From Thermoplasmata archaeon (GTDB lineage Archaea; Thermoplasmatota; Thermoplasmata; Lutacidiplasmatales; SKW197): a stretch of DNA of 64,000 nucleotides. The translations under genes were made by a program, and so were the position numbers. Shown here one piece after another: positions 50,332-60,355 of this stretch. Numbering within the stretch: position 1 is the stretch's first letter; each line of letters starts with the position of its first letter. A model generated the notes under the pieces. That model worked only from the letters and a program-made list of their open reading frames with translations, had not been told where the DNA came from and ran no database searches. Where the stretch lies: the NCBI GenBank assembly GCA_038874435.1, contig JAVZCK010000008.1, positions 9,705 through 73,704 on the forward strand, read 5' to 3'.

Positions 50332-51078
50332 TTAGAGCTGGAAAAGCTCATGGGCAATTGCATGCTGGCTCTTGTATGAGGGGTTTGTGATAGCACATAC
50401 GATGTAATATTCGCCGCTGTCAACCGAGAAGCCAGTGTTTGAATTCAATGTCCAGTGATGCACACCATAGCTTCCAGGTGAGAGCGAGTACTTCTTTGAA
50501 GTTGTGTAGGCATAGACCACATCCCCGTTTGAGTTGTACACATAGAAGTGGAAGTAGCCAGTTATTGTAGTTGTTCCAGAATTCCAGACATAGATTTCCG
50601 CCCTGTTTGCTGTCTGGTTCATCACTGTTATTGTGTAGATTGATTTTGTGCTTCCAACCCCTATTTTGAAGGTTGCCAGTGCAAATTCACCAGCAAACCT
50701 TGCCTTGACCACATATTCATCCTCTGCAACCAGATTGCCATTTCCATCTTTCTGGTCCCAGTAGAAGCTTATGGATTGTGAGGGTTGAAGTGTGTAGAGC
50801 ACTGTGAGAGTGGGCACAGCAGCAACAAAGGCACCATCCTTCTTGTGGATGGTTACAGAAGGAGTGTCCATCATTTCTATACTCCCTGTGTTTGTGAGTA
50901 CGAAACCTACACCCTGCCCTCTCTCATAGTAGTTCTTCTCAACTGCAATTGAGATTGCTCCCTCTCCATTTCCTGTAGCCACTGTCTTTGGAAGGCATAG
51001 CACTGCAAGTGCACCTGCGAATAGAAGTCCGAGCACCAAAGCCAGACCGAATTTGATTTTTCCATTCATGGTTATCAC
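50332..51078 (-). CDS. secreted beta-rich hypothetical protein
   Basis: 248 aa. N-terminal signal peptide or signal anchor (FGLALVLGLLFAGALAVLC). No known motif. Confidence 0.45.
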   Translation of the reverse strand: MITMNGKIKFGLALVLGLLFAGALAVLCLPKTVATGNGEGAISIAVEKNYYERGQGVGFVLTNTGSIEMMDTPSVTIHKKDGAFVAAVPTLTVLYTLQPSQSISFYWDQKDGNGNLVAEDEYVVKARFAGEFALATFKIGVGSTKSIYTITVMNQTANRAEIYVWNSGTTTITGYFHFYVYNSNGDVVYAYTTSKKYSLSPGSYGVHHWTLNSNTGFSVDSGEYYIVCAITNPSYKSQHAIAHELFQL

Positions 51079-51126
51079 AAAACCGCCTACAGGCAGGGGG
51101 TATTTATAATTTACTACACTGTGTAG

Positions 51127-54100
51127 TTAATCTCTCTTTCGCTTCCTCCAGAAAACAACTGGTGCAATCAAAAATACGAACAGGGCAAGGAATGAGAGAT
51201 CACCACTTTCCGCTATCTCTGCATGATATATTGCAGTGAGGGAATTTGCGGTGCTGCTATTTTCAGCCCATAGTGAGAGGGCAGAACTCTTGTTTGTGAC
51301 CACCAGACAGCCAGGATAAACTCTAACCTCTCCATCATTGTCATTCACACGGAGCGGAGAAAGCCATGTCTGGCCATTGTTTGTTGTGTTTGAATATGAA
51401 ATATTTGCTTTTGTTCCCGTGATGTTGATAAATGCAATGTTTGCGAATGCACCGTTTGCAGCCACTGACGGGAAGAGTTCATCATTGGTTGAAAGGGCAA
51501 CAGCTGAGAGCCCTGGGCTTGTAGCAAATTCATCGGTAGACCAGAAACAGTAGATGTCGCGGTCCCCATAGGTATCATCCTGGAATGCCACATATCCGTA
51601 ATTTCCGCTGATGGAAATTGATGGATACATTTCGTTTTCAGCCCATGGAGTGTACCAGCCATTCCAGTTCTCGCCATCTGCAGAATAATACCAAGTTATG
51701 TTGTAATTTCCACCCGTTTCATTTTGGAATGCTATGAATACATAATTTGCATTAATCCCGGCACTTGGGTTTCTCTCATCTGTTGTTGTCTCGTTAAAAT
51801 AGAAGTAACCATTCCATGTATTTCCTCCATCTGTTGAATTCACAAACCCAATGTCATACTTCCCAGGATTTGTGGTGCTCTCATTTTCATAGAAAATATA
51901 CACTATATCATTATAGGCAACAATTGAGGGGTTCTTCCATTTTGATGAATCCCAGCCAGGAATATAATATTCGGCCCAGACATTACTCGCATTAGTGTAT
52001 TTCCCAAATGAGAATGTAGCATTTTCGTAAGCAACATAAATATTCTGGGTAATTGGGTCTACGCATATGGAAGGATTTGTCACATTTGTTGTTGTGCTGT
52101 TTTTGCTCCAAGAGGTGGCCCATGCGCTTGTAAGTCCCTCTATACCTGCTCTCACAAAAACTCCGTGCGATGTTTCGGAATTATTTTGCTGGTATGCAAC
52201 ATAAATTGTTCCGTTTGCAGCTACACAGGCAGATGGATTGCTTCCATTTAGTTTCGGTGAGGTGCCAAGGATATTTGTGTCTGAGGTAAATGGTGCATCA
52301 AGGATATCAATTCCTCCTGATTTCGTCTCCACAACAGGAGAAACAACCACTTTTGTTTGGGCATGTGGTAACGGGTCAACTGTTAGCGTTGCACTTGCCC
52401 TTCCTATGGGATTACTCTCATTTGTATAGTCCTTGTTCTCCTTCCAGTCGGATGTGACAAATACCATTGAGGCATTTTCGTCTATCATCAGCTTCACTTC
52501 AATCTGGTAGTTATCAATTTCTGCTGCCACATATCCGGCAAATTCCCAATCTCCAGAGGCATTAAAAACAAAATATTTCTTTGAAAGAATTTTTCCATTT
52601 TTGCCATTTATCTCAACAAAATAATTTGCAAGAATGTGTCCTATCTTGTAGCCGACAGGAGGCGAACCCTTCTGGATGTAGATGCTGACAAAGTCGGTAG
52701 CATTCAGTGGTGGCGAAGGAATCACGCCACCCCCACCAGACCCTGAAATCTTGACTGGGCCAGTGTATGGCACATCAATTCCACCAAGCAAATTTTGTTC
52801 AACTGAAAGGTAGAGATTAATGGTTGAATCTTCCCTCACTGCACCGAATTTTTTAATGTTGTACTGAGCAGGAGCATCGTCCTCATCCTCCTCAAGTTGC
52901 TTGTCTCGCCAGTCAGCAAAAGCTCCATCTATTATTATTTTGGCAGGGGCACTTTTCACATACGAAACTTTTGCTTTACCTGCATCCTGGCTCTCGGATA
53001 CACTCACCACTCCTTCTGCTTTCACACTCTCTCTACCATCAATTTCTATTCCCACTGCACTCTCCGGCAGATGGGCACTGGCATTCAGATAAAATACAAT
53101 TTCTGTTTTTGTTTTGGTAATTACTGTGTTAAAACCAATCTCCTTTGCACCACTGAAAGTTTCTCTCGCTCTTGCACCGCCGTTGATGGAATATTCTACA
53201 TCTACTGGCTGACTACTGCCAACTTCCTTCAGCACTATTCCTTTCAGTGTCACATCTTCCTGCGGTGCAGTCAACTCTACCCTTATGTACTCTGCAGCAT
53301 TATCAATCACTTCATTGCCCACATACTTCACATTACAAACGAGTGCTGGCTTTTTGTTTGACACAATATAATCTGAAAAGTCCTCAGCACCATTGTAGGA
53401 AAACATATGATAAATAACTTCAATGTTCTCGCTATTGAATATCTTTTTCTGGACACGAAGTTCCACTGCATGGAGTGATTTCGCACAGTCTATGCTTCCA
53501 TAACCAATTTTCGCCTGCCAATCAAAATTCCCTCTGCTTTCATCAAATTTGTAAACTTCGTGTATCTGGGCTTCTCCCCTGCAACCACCCAAATTAAGCA
53601 CATAGTCTGCACCGATGCCTCGCACAAAGTAGCCTGTTTCAGGGTTGCAATCAGCATCCACAAAAATGTGGAGAATATCCATGTAGCCAGCATTTGCCTG
53701 CTTTGCATCGCCCTCAAAAATCTCGCCTCTCACCTCTACCAGAAAATAATACCATTTCTCATCGCTCTCAATCGCTGCATTCACGATGTCTATCTGAGTA
53801 GGCACAATGCCTGCAGAAAACTGGCTTTTCTTTGCACCTTCCCAGTCCGAAAACTCACCATCCAACTGGATTCTCTCTTTCTTTATTAAGAGAAGCCCTC
53901 CCAATGCGACACAAATCAAAATTATGGTGATAACAGGGACAAGGTAAAGATAAACTCTTTTTTGTTGCTTCTTTTTGCGGATTTGAGCCCTGTGGACAGG
54001 ATAACCGCGTCCCTTCACGCCATTGATTTTGCCTTGGCTTGTCTCCCTCAGACCATTAGAGGCTGCTCTTTCACGTTGAGCAACGCCAGCAGTGGTTCTG

Positions 54101-54267
54101 CCTTCTATATTTTCAGGCGAGGAATATTCTGGCTCTTCAGTTTCAATTCTTTCAAAAATTTCATCCAGCTTTTCATGGACAGTTTTTGGAAACATATAAT
54201 TGCACTGAAGGCAATGGCTGGCTGTATCATCATTTTCATAGTTGCAGAGAGGACAGATTTTAGACAT
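51127..54267 (-). CDS. giant double-anchored surface protein with C-terminal BNR/Asp-box (sialidase-like) propeller
   Basis: 1046 aa. Cytoplasmic N-terminal zinc ribbon (CPLCNYENDDTASHCLQCNY). TM helix. About 400-aa domain near-identical to its upstream paralog. Asp-box repeats (STDGGNTW, SADGENW, TNNGQTW). C-terminal TM plus WRKRKRD. Confidence 0.75.
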   Translation of the reverse strand: MSKICPLCNYENDDTASHCLQCNYMFPKTVHEKLDEIFERIETEEPEYSSPENIEGRTTAGVAQRERAASNGLRETSQGKINGVKGRGYPVHRAQIRKKKQQKRVYLYLVPVITIILICVALGGLLLIKKERIQLDGEFSDWEGAKKSQFSAGIVPTQIDIVNAAIESDEKWYYFLVEVRGEIFEGDAKQANAGYMDILHIFVDADCNPETGYFVRGIGADYVLNLGGCRGEAQIHEVYKFDESRGNFDWQAKIGYGSIDCAKSLHAVELRVQKKIFNSENIEVIYHMFSYNGAEDFSDYIVSNKKPALVCNVKYVGNEVIDNAAEYIRVELTAPQEDVTLKGIVLKEVGSSQPVDVEYSINGGARARETFSGAKEIGFNTVITKTKTEIVFYLNASAHLPESAVGIEIDGRESVKAEGVVSVSESQDAGKAKVSYVKSAPAKIIIDGAFADWRDKQLEEDEDDAPAQYNIKKFGAVREDSTINLYLSVEQNLLGGIDVPYTGPVKISGSGGGGVIPSPPLNATDFVSIYIQKGSPPVGYKIGHILANYFVEINGKNGKILSKKYFVFNASGDWEFAGYVAAEIDNYQIEVKLMIDENASMVFVTSDWKENKDYTNESNPIGRASATLTVDPLPHAQTKVVVSPVVETKSGGIDILDAPFTSDTNILGTSPKLNGSNPSACVAANGTIYVAYQQNNSETSHGVFVRAGIEGLTSAWATSWSKNSTTTNVTNPSICVDPITQNIYVAYENATFSFGKYTNASNVWAEYYIPGWDSSKWKNPSIVAYNDIVYIFYENESTTNPGKYDIGFVNSTDGGNTWNGYFYFNETTTDERNPSAGINANYVFIAFQNETGGNYNITWYYSADGENWNGWYTPWAENEMYPSISISGNYGYVAFQDDTYGDRDIYCFWSTDEFATSPGLSAVALSTNDELFPSVAANGAFANIAFINITGTKANISYSNTTNNGQTWLSPLRVNDNDGEVRVYPGCLVVTNKSSALSLWAENSSTANSLTAIYHAEIAESGDLSFLALFVFLIAPVVFWRKRKRD
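52686..53883. repeat. copy A of about 1.2-kb near-identical direct repeat (partial gene duplication)
   Basis: Encodes residues about 129-528 of the 1046-aa protein. These are about 90% or more identical to residues 167-570 of the 1628-aa protein. Identical spurious plus-strand ORFs sit at a constant offset of 4824 bp. Confidence 0.85.
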
Positions 54268-54318
54268 ATTTCTCGCTCAGTAAAACGGTCTCCTGCCTAA
54301 TAAATTTTTCTAAATGTG

Positions 54319-57300
54319 CTATGTCTGGCAATTGTCCTTTCTTCTCCGCCTTCTCTGAAACAGAATGATTCCAGGTGCTGCAGGAACTGCCGCAATAAAG
54401 AAAAGTGCGGACTGGCTTTCAGAAACCTGGGTTGAAACAACCACAGAATACCCATTGTTTGAACTGTTTGCAGGTGCCCCAGTACACAAGTCCTTGTATG
54501 TGTCAGAGTTAACATCTCCGAGGCTTGCGATTGCCCAGCCCAGCTTTGAGCCAGATGTTGTGCCGAAGTAATAGTACTCTGCATTTGTTGCACTCATCAC
54601 GCTCTGGATGTTGTTCCCATCAAATACATAGATTGCACCAGTGCCTCCCGTGTTTATTGCACCCACTGCAAAGTCCTTTGAGCCATTGCTGTTAAAGTCA
54701 CCCAGGTAAGCGATGGAAAAGCCAAAATTGTCACCAGCACTTGCACCAGAGATTGTAGCATTCGGAGCATAGTGGACGATGAAGGTTTGGTCCTCAGCTG
54801 TGGGAGTTTGCCACACACCATTTACTGTCCAGGATGAGCCCGCATCAGGGTAAGGATTGCTATTGTCTGCAAGCCAAAGATACCCGTTGTTTGCTGAATC
54901 ATAGTTTATACCCACAATCCAGTATGTAGCACCTTGAGTTACATACGCAGGAGTAGTAAAGCTTATTAATTTCCATTCGCCCCATGAAGTAAAATCCATT
55001 GGTTCTGAAGAAGATAATGCAGTTCCGGGCAAGCCAGAACTAGTTGCATTTATAGAAAAATATGCTGCTGTGGAATCGGTGCCATAATCAATACAAGATA
55101 CTTCTACAGCAGAGATATAACCCGTCTTTGGTGCAACAAATGCCTGAGCGAGAAATTCCGAAGAATCAAGCAAATACCCAATCCACATGTCTGTTATTGC
55201 ACATGGCTCTGAAACGCCTCCAGCATTTGGATAATAGTAGTATATGCTAGCAGAGCCAGTACCTGAGTTGTTGTTGGGTGCACCCACTATCAGGTCTCCA
55301 TAGCCATCTCCATTTAAACTTGGTGTAATTGCCACGCTTGTGCCAAAACCGCTATTCGTTGTTGTTGGGACAATCTTCTTTGACCGTGTTGCCGTGAGCA
55401 CAACATCATCAATATACACATACTCATTGTTTGCATTCGCCCAGATATCAAACTCAATTACTATGCTTGCAGTCATGTAAAAGTACTTGCTTAAATCAAT
55501 GGTTACCTGCTCGTACTGTGTTGTGCTGGGAACAGCCATAATCAGACAGAACCAGCGGTCTTCCGCAAAGAGATAGACCTCGCCGTCCTCACCAGCATCT
55601 AATCCTGCCGACATCCACCACCATGAAAGTTGCACATTTGTGGCATTTCGCATGTCAAACTCTTTTCCTATGTAGGCTATTCTATTAAGATTTCCTTGAA
55701 GTCTTGCAGCCCTGTTCCCGCTGTGAACTGGGGAAGTAACAAGACTGGCTATGTTTGCATTATTTGGATTTTCATACCAGCCAGGAATTTGATTACTTAT
55801 CTCAGGGTTTTCAAATCCCTCCTGGAAAATCTGGGTTGCAGATAAAGCGCCACCGTTAAATGCAGACACCCTGCCTCTTGCCCCCTCTATGTTGTTGTTC
55901 TTAAAATTCGGGCTTCCGACAGCCAGATCGTCTTTTCCATCGTTGTTCAGGTCCCCACCAGCAGAAACACTGTAGCCAAACTGCTCATTCGGATACGCAC
56001 CAGCAAGAATTGAATTTGCATTCTTGGCATAGCTTGGAACTGTTCCATCATAGAACACATAGGTCCTTCCAGCAGGACCCCAGACACGGACATCATCAAT
56101 GTACCAGCCCCTGGCAACAGTTGCACTGTCTGAACCGAAGTGGAAACGAACCTTGATTGTTTTGCCTGCATAATCCGCAAGGAGCACAGTACATTCATAC
56201 CATGCTTGCATATCAACATACCATGCCTCCTTGTTATACAAGGGATTAGAAGCTGCAGTAATTGTGCCATTGTAGTGAGGCCAAGGAGAATAGGGCATGT
56301 GCATGTTAATTTGCGTCCATGTAGCAAAATTATCGTCGGATGTGGCAATTTCTATTAACCCCCCATCATTTGCTGTGCCCTGAAAGTCACGCCAGTGCCA
56401 GAAAGACAGATAGAGGGCACCAGATGGGAGCTTAATTTCAGGACTCACAAGGGCGGCGCTGTATTGGTTGGCGTAATTGCCAGCAAGGTTTGTGCCCCAG
56501 CATTTTGTGCCGCTGTGCGTGGATGCAGGTGGGCTTGTGGGCGTGCCCCGCTGCCATTCATCTATTGCACTTCCACCCGTGTTATAGTGGGTCCAGTCCT
56601 CGTCTGTACTGCCTTCAAAGTCATTGGAATAAACATCCTGTCCAACACCAGGGGCACCAACAACCAGGTCTGTGGTGCTTGCACCGTTTGTGTTCCCCAC
56701 GCTCACAGACCAGCCAAATCTGTCCCCTTCGCCAGTCCCATTTATGCACTTTGTTCCGTAGGGATAGGTGGCTAAATCAATTGTTTTCGGTGAACTCAGG
56801 GCTGAGCCATAGACCACATAAACTCTCCCTGGTCTCAGCGTGCCATTTGAGGCATTTGGAGCACCAATGATTAAGTCATTCTTTCCATCACCATCCAAAT
56901 CACCAGATGTAATGTTCCACCCAATATTATCGTTTGTGTTGTTACCATAAATTGTGATGTTAGCATTTGCTGGATTTATATTCGCAAATTCCATTCCTTT
57001 GTAGCCATAGAAAACATAGACAGCCCCGCAATCTGTTCTGCTCGAATAGTCCGCATATGGCGCGCTCACAGCAAAATCCACAATTCCATCGCCGTTTACA
57101 TCACCCAAAGAGGCAATTGAATATCCAAACCACTCTGCTGAGCTACCAACACCATCAGTAACCTTTACGAGCTGGGTGTAGGCCATAGGAAGAATCTCTC
57201 CCGACTTCCAAGAAACACTTGTTTGCGACTTGCTCCAGTCAATGCTATGGTTCCAGTTTGAGGTTTCAAAAACGATTGTTAGATTCCCTTCAAGCGGGCA

Positions 57301-59205
57301 CATTACCTCAATCTGCAGACTGTCCTTTGCACAAAGAGGTGAATCAATTTTGTTCCATCGCTCATCGTAGATGGATGCCCCAGTAAACTCATACATTGTG
57401 GCGTTTACAATTTTACCATGAAGCCCAATTACCTCAATCTTATAGTTTGCGAGAAGTCCATAAATGTTGTACCCGAATGTGATATTTTCTTGTGAAATGT
57501 AGATTCTGAGATAGTCGTACCCGATGAGAGGCGGTGGTGTGACTGGTTGAGTTGGTGTGATGTTGTGCTCAACTTTCACAGGCCCGGTGAAAGGCACTTC
57601 TGCGCCGAGGAAGAGGGCATTTTCAACACTCGCATAAAAACTCACATTTCTGTCGTTTCTGAACGCTCCGAATTTCTTGATGTTGTACTGAGCAGGAGCA
57701 TCGTCCTCATCCTCCTCAAGTTGCTTGTCCCTCCAGTCACCAAAAGCTCCGTCTATTTTTATTCTAGCAGGGGCACTTTCCACATACGAAACTTTCGCTT
57801 TACCTGCATCCTGGCTCTCGGATACACTCACCACTCCTTCTGCCTTCACACTTTCTCTGCTATCAATTTCTATTCCCACTGCACTCTCCGGCAGATGGGC
57901 ACTAGCATTCAGATAAAATACAATTTCTGTTTTTGTTTTCGTGATCAATGTGTTGAAACCAATTTCTTTTGCACCGCTGAAAGTTTCCTTAGTCCTTGCA
58001 CCGCCGTTGATGCTGTACTCTACATCTACTGGCTGGCTGCTTCCAACTTCCTTCAGCACTATTCCTTTCAGTGTCACATCTTCCTGCGGTGCAGTCAACT
58101 CTACCCTTATGTACTCTGCAGCATTATCAATCACTTCATTGCCCACATACTTCACATTACAAACGAGTGCTGGCTTTTTGTTTGACACAATATAATCTGA
58201 AAAGTCCTCAGCACCGTTATAGGAAAACATGTGGTAAACCACTTCAATGCTCTCGCTGTTAAAAATCTTTTTCTGGACACGGAGTTCCACTGCATTGCTT
58301 GATTTCGCACAGTCAATGCTTCCATATCCAATCTTGCCCTCCCAATCAAATTTGCTCCTGCTCTCATCAAACTTATAAACTTCATGGGTAAAAACCTCAC
58401 CTCTGCAACCACCCAGATTAAGCACATAATCAGCACCGATGCCTCGCACAAAGTATCCTGTCTCAGGGTTGCAATCAGCATCCACAAAAATGTGAAGGAT
58501 ATCCATGTAGCCAGCATTTGCCTGCTTTGCATCGCCTTCAAAAATCTCGCCTCTTACCTCTACCAGGAAATAATACCATTTCTCATCGCTCTCAATCGCT
58601 GTGTTCACGATGTCTATCTGAGTGGGCACAATGCCTACAGAAAACTGGCTTTTCTTTGCACCTTCCCAGTCCGAAAACTCGCCATCCAACTGGATTCTCT
58701 CTTTTTTTATCGAAATCAAAGCCATGAGTGATGTTATTACAAGAATGCATACAATTAAAGGCACCACAATTTTTCTGTACTCCCTCTTTTTTATTTCCCT
58801 TCTTGCTTTCGTGGGCTTAAATGTGCCATTTGTTAGACCGTTGGTCATCCCGTTAATTCTTCCCGCCCTTGTTGCTCCTGTTTCCCTTGTTGCCATGGGC
58901 GTTCTTCCTAAACTCATGGTCTCCCTGCTTTCTGGCACATCTGATGAAGGTTTTGTCTCTTCTTCCTCTAAAGATGCCAAAATTTCATCAAGTTCTTCCT
59001 CTATCTCCTCCTCCTTTTTTGGTTCTTCAATTTCCTCAAAAATTTCATCCAGTTTTTCATGCACTGTCTTCGGAAACACATAGCTACACTGCTTGCAGAA
59101 TTTATCAGCATCCCCTGCCTCGTAACCACAAACAGGGCATCTCTTCATTGCTCCCCCTATGGATTTACCCACTAATAAACTTTTTTGATGCCAACCTCTA
59201 AACAA
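54319..59205 (-). CDS. giant double-anchored surface protein with FG-GAP/integrin-alpha-like propeller and additional beta-sandwich domains
   Basis: 1628 aa. N-terminal zinc ribbon (CPVCGYEAGDADKFCKQCSY). Acidic linker and GRINGMTNGLTNG. TM helix. Shared 400-aa domain. Seven D-x-N/D-x-D-G-x-x-D repeats (DVNGDGIVDFAV, GDLDGDGKNDLIIGAP, GDLNNDGKDDLAVGSP, ...). C-terminal TM plus QRRRRRKD. Confidence 0.75.
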   Translation of the reverse strand: MFRGWHQKSLLVGKSIGGAMKRCPVCGYEAGDADKFCKQCSYVFPKTVHEKLDEIFEEIEEPKKEEEIEEELDEILASLEEEETKPSSDVPESRETMSLGRTPMATRETGATRAGRINGMTNGLTNGTFKPTKARREIKKREYRKIVVPLIVCILVITSLMALISIKKERIQLDGEFSDWEGAKKSQFSVGIVPTQIDIVNTAIESDEKWYYFLVEVRGEIFEGDAKQANAGYMDILHIFVDADCNPETGYFVRGIGADYVLNLGGCRGEVFTHEVYKFDESRSKFDWEGKIGYGSIDCAKSSNAVELRVQKKIFNSESIEVVYHMFSYNGAEDFSDYIVSNKKPALVCNVKYVGNEVIDNAAEYIRVELTAPQEDVTLKGIVLKEVGSSQPVDVEYSINGGARTKETFSGAKEIGFNTLITKTKTEIVFYLNASAHLPESAVGIEIDSRESVKAEGVVSVSESQDAGKAKVSYVESAPARIKIDGAFGDWRDKQLEEDEDDAPAQYNIKKFGAFRNDRNVSFYASVENALFLGAEVPFTGPVKVEHNITPTQPVTPPPLIGYDYLRIYISQENITFGYNIYGLLANYKIEVIGLHGKIVNATMYEFTGASIYDERWNKIDSPLCAKDSLQIEVMCPLEGNLTIVFETSNWNHSIDWSKSQTSVSWKSGEILPMAYTQLVKVTDGVGSSAEWFGYSIASLGDVNGDGIVDFAVSAPYADYSSRTDCGAVYVFYGYKGMEFANINPANANITIYGNNTNDNIGWNITSGDLDGDGKNDLIIGAPNASNGTLRPGRVYVVYGSALSSPKTIDLATYPYGTKCINGTGEGDRFGWSVSVGNTNGASTTDLVVGAPGVGQDVYSNDFEGSTDEDWTHYNTGGSAIDEWQRGTPTSPPASTHSGTKCWGTNLAGNYANQYSAALVSPEIKLPSGALYLSFWHWRDFQGTANDGGLIEIATSDDNFATWTQINMHMPYSPWPHYNGTITAASNPLYNKEAWYVDMQAWYECTVLLADYAGKTIKVRFHFGSDSATVARGWYIDDVRVWGPAGRTYVFYDGTVPSYAKNANSILAGAYPNEQFGYSVSAGGDLNNDGKDDLAVGSPNFKNNNIEGARGRVSAFNGGALSATQIFQEGFENPEISNQIPGWYENPNNANIASLVTSPVHSGNRAARLQGNLNRIAYIGKEFDMRNATNVQLSWWWMSAGLDAGEDGEVYLFAEDRWFCLIMAVPSTTQYEQVTIDLSKYFYMTASIVIEFDIWANANNEYVYIDDVVLTATRSKKIVPTTTNSGFGTSVAITPSLNGDGYGDLIVGAPNNNSGTGSASIYYYYPNAGGVSEPCAITDMWIGYLLDSSEFLAQAFVAPKTGYISAVEVSCIDYGTDSTAAYFSINATSSGLPGTALSSSEPMDFTSWGEWKLISFTTPAYVTQGATYWIVGINYDSANNGYLWLADNSNPYPDAGSSWTVNGVWQTPTAEDQTFIVHYAPNATISGASAGDNFGFSIAYLGDFNSNGSKDFAVGAINTGGTGAIYVFDGNNIQSVMSATNAEYYYFGTTSGSKLGWAIASLGDVNSDTYKDLCTGAPANSSNNGYSVVVSTQVSESQSALFFIAAVPAAPGIILFQRRRRRKDNCQT
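57510..58707. repeat. copy B of about 1.2-kb near-identical direct repeat
   Basis: See copy A. Offset is 4824 bp. Confidence 0.85.
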
Positions 59206-59210
59206 TGAGT

Positions 59211-60257
59211 TTAGCAGATTCTCGGAACAGGGTCCCCAATTGGTGGCTGGAGAATTCGCATCCCTCCGACCCTGGTTTTAAGTGCCACGCCATCAATGTC
59301 CTTTCTGGCCATGCCTATAATTGCTGCCTCTTTTCCTTCCCTGGTTTCGCGCAGTGTCTCAAGCACCTGCTCTGCCATTGCTGGCACTACTGCAAGCACT
59401 ACCTTGCCTTCATTTCCGATTTCGTATGGGTCAATCCCAAGCATTGAACAGGCAGCCCTTACTTCGTCTCTAACTGGGATTTTTTCCTCCTCAACAACAA
59501 TTCCTACACTTGACTTCTCGCTCCATTCGTTGAGCAAGTTTGCAAGCCCTCCTCGTGTCGCATCCTTCACCGCACAGATGCCACCCACTTCAAGTGCTCG
59601 CCCTAGCATTTTGTTAAGAGGCATGACATCGCTCACAAAATTGCCCTCAAACCCGATTCCTTCCCTTGCTGAAAGCACTGCAGCACCGTGGTCTCCCACA
59701 TAGCCAGAAACAATAATTACATCTCCATCAGCCACATTTGAGTCCAGAAGCCACGCATGTTTAACAGTTCTGTATTTTCTTGCTACTTCAAGATTCTGAT
59801 CAAGAAGTTCGTGTCTCCTGCCTATGCCCGATGTGTTGATAACAATCTCGCTTAAGCCACCATGCTCCACAACTTTAGTGTCCCCAGTAACAATCTCCAC
59901 ATCTGCTTCTTCTGCAGTCGCTGCCATGCTTTCTACAATTTTCTCAAGTTTTTCCTCCTCAAAACCCTCCTCAATCACGAAAGCGGCCGAAAGTGCCAGG
60001 GGTCTCGCACCCACGCAAGCGAGGTCATTCACTGTGCCAGCTACAGAAAGCCGTCCGATATCGCCACCAGGGAAAAAAATTGGTTTTACTGTGTGCGAAT
60101 CTGTGGTGAACACAATACCCTCAACCACAGCGGCATCATCAAGAGCTGCCAATGGCACCTCTGATTCACCCCTACCAAAGTGTTTCAGAATCTTCTCTTT
60201 AATCAAGCGTTGCATCACACTGCCGCCAGCGCCATGGGCTATCGTAATTTTACTCAT
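59211..60257 (-). CDS. hypE: hydrogenase maturation factor HypE (PurM-like carbamoyl dehydratase)
   Basis: 348 aa. Collinear match to HypE: N-terminal IAHGAGG, FFPGGDIG, VTGDTKVV, DATRGG. Diagnostic C-terminal PRIC. Confidence 0.85.
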   Translation of the reverse strand: MSKITIAHGAGGSVMQRLIKEKILKHFGRGESEVPLAALDDAAVVEGIVFTTDSHTVKPIFFPGGDIGRLSVAGTVNDLACVGARPLALSAAFVIEEGFEEEKLEKIVESMAATAEEADVEIVTGDTKVVEHGGLSEIVINTSGIGRRHELLDQNLEVARKYRTVKHAWLLDSNVADGDVIIVSGYVGDHGAAVLSAREGIGFEGNFVSDVMPLNKMLGRALEVGGICAVKDATRGGLANLLNEWSEKSSVGIVVEEEKIPVRDEVRAACSMLGIDPYEIGNEGKVVLAVVPAMAEQVLETLRETREGKEAAIIGMARKDIDGVALKTRVGGMRILQPPIGDPVPRIC

Positions 60258-60355
60258 GAAAAAAGGGAAAGAGTGTAGGTATTTTAGGGTTGGGATTCAT
60301 CATTGCTGAAGTATGCAGACAAACCCTTATATCTGCCTGATTTTTAGCTGTTCCG

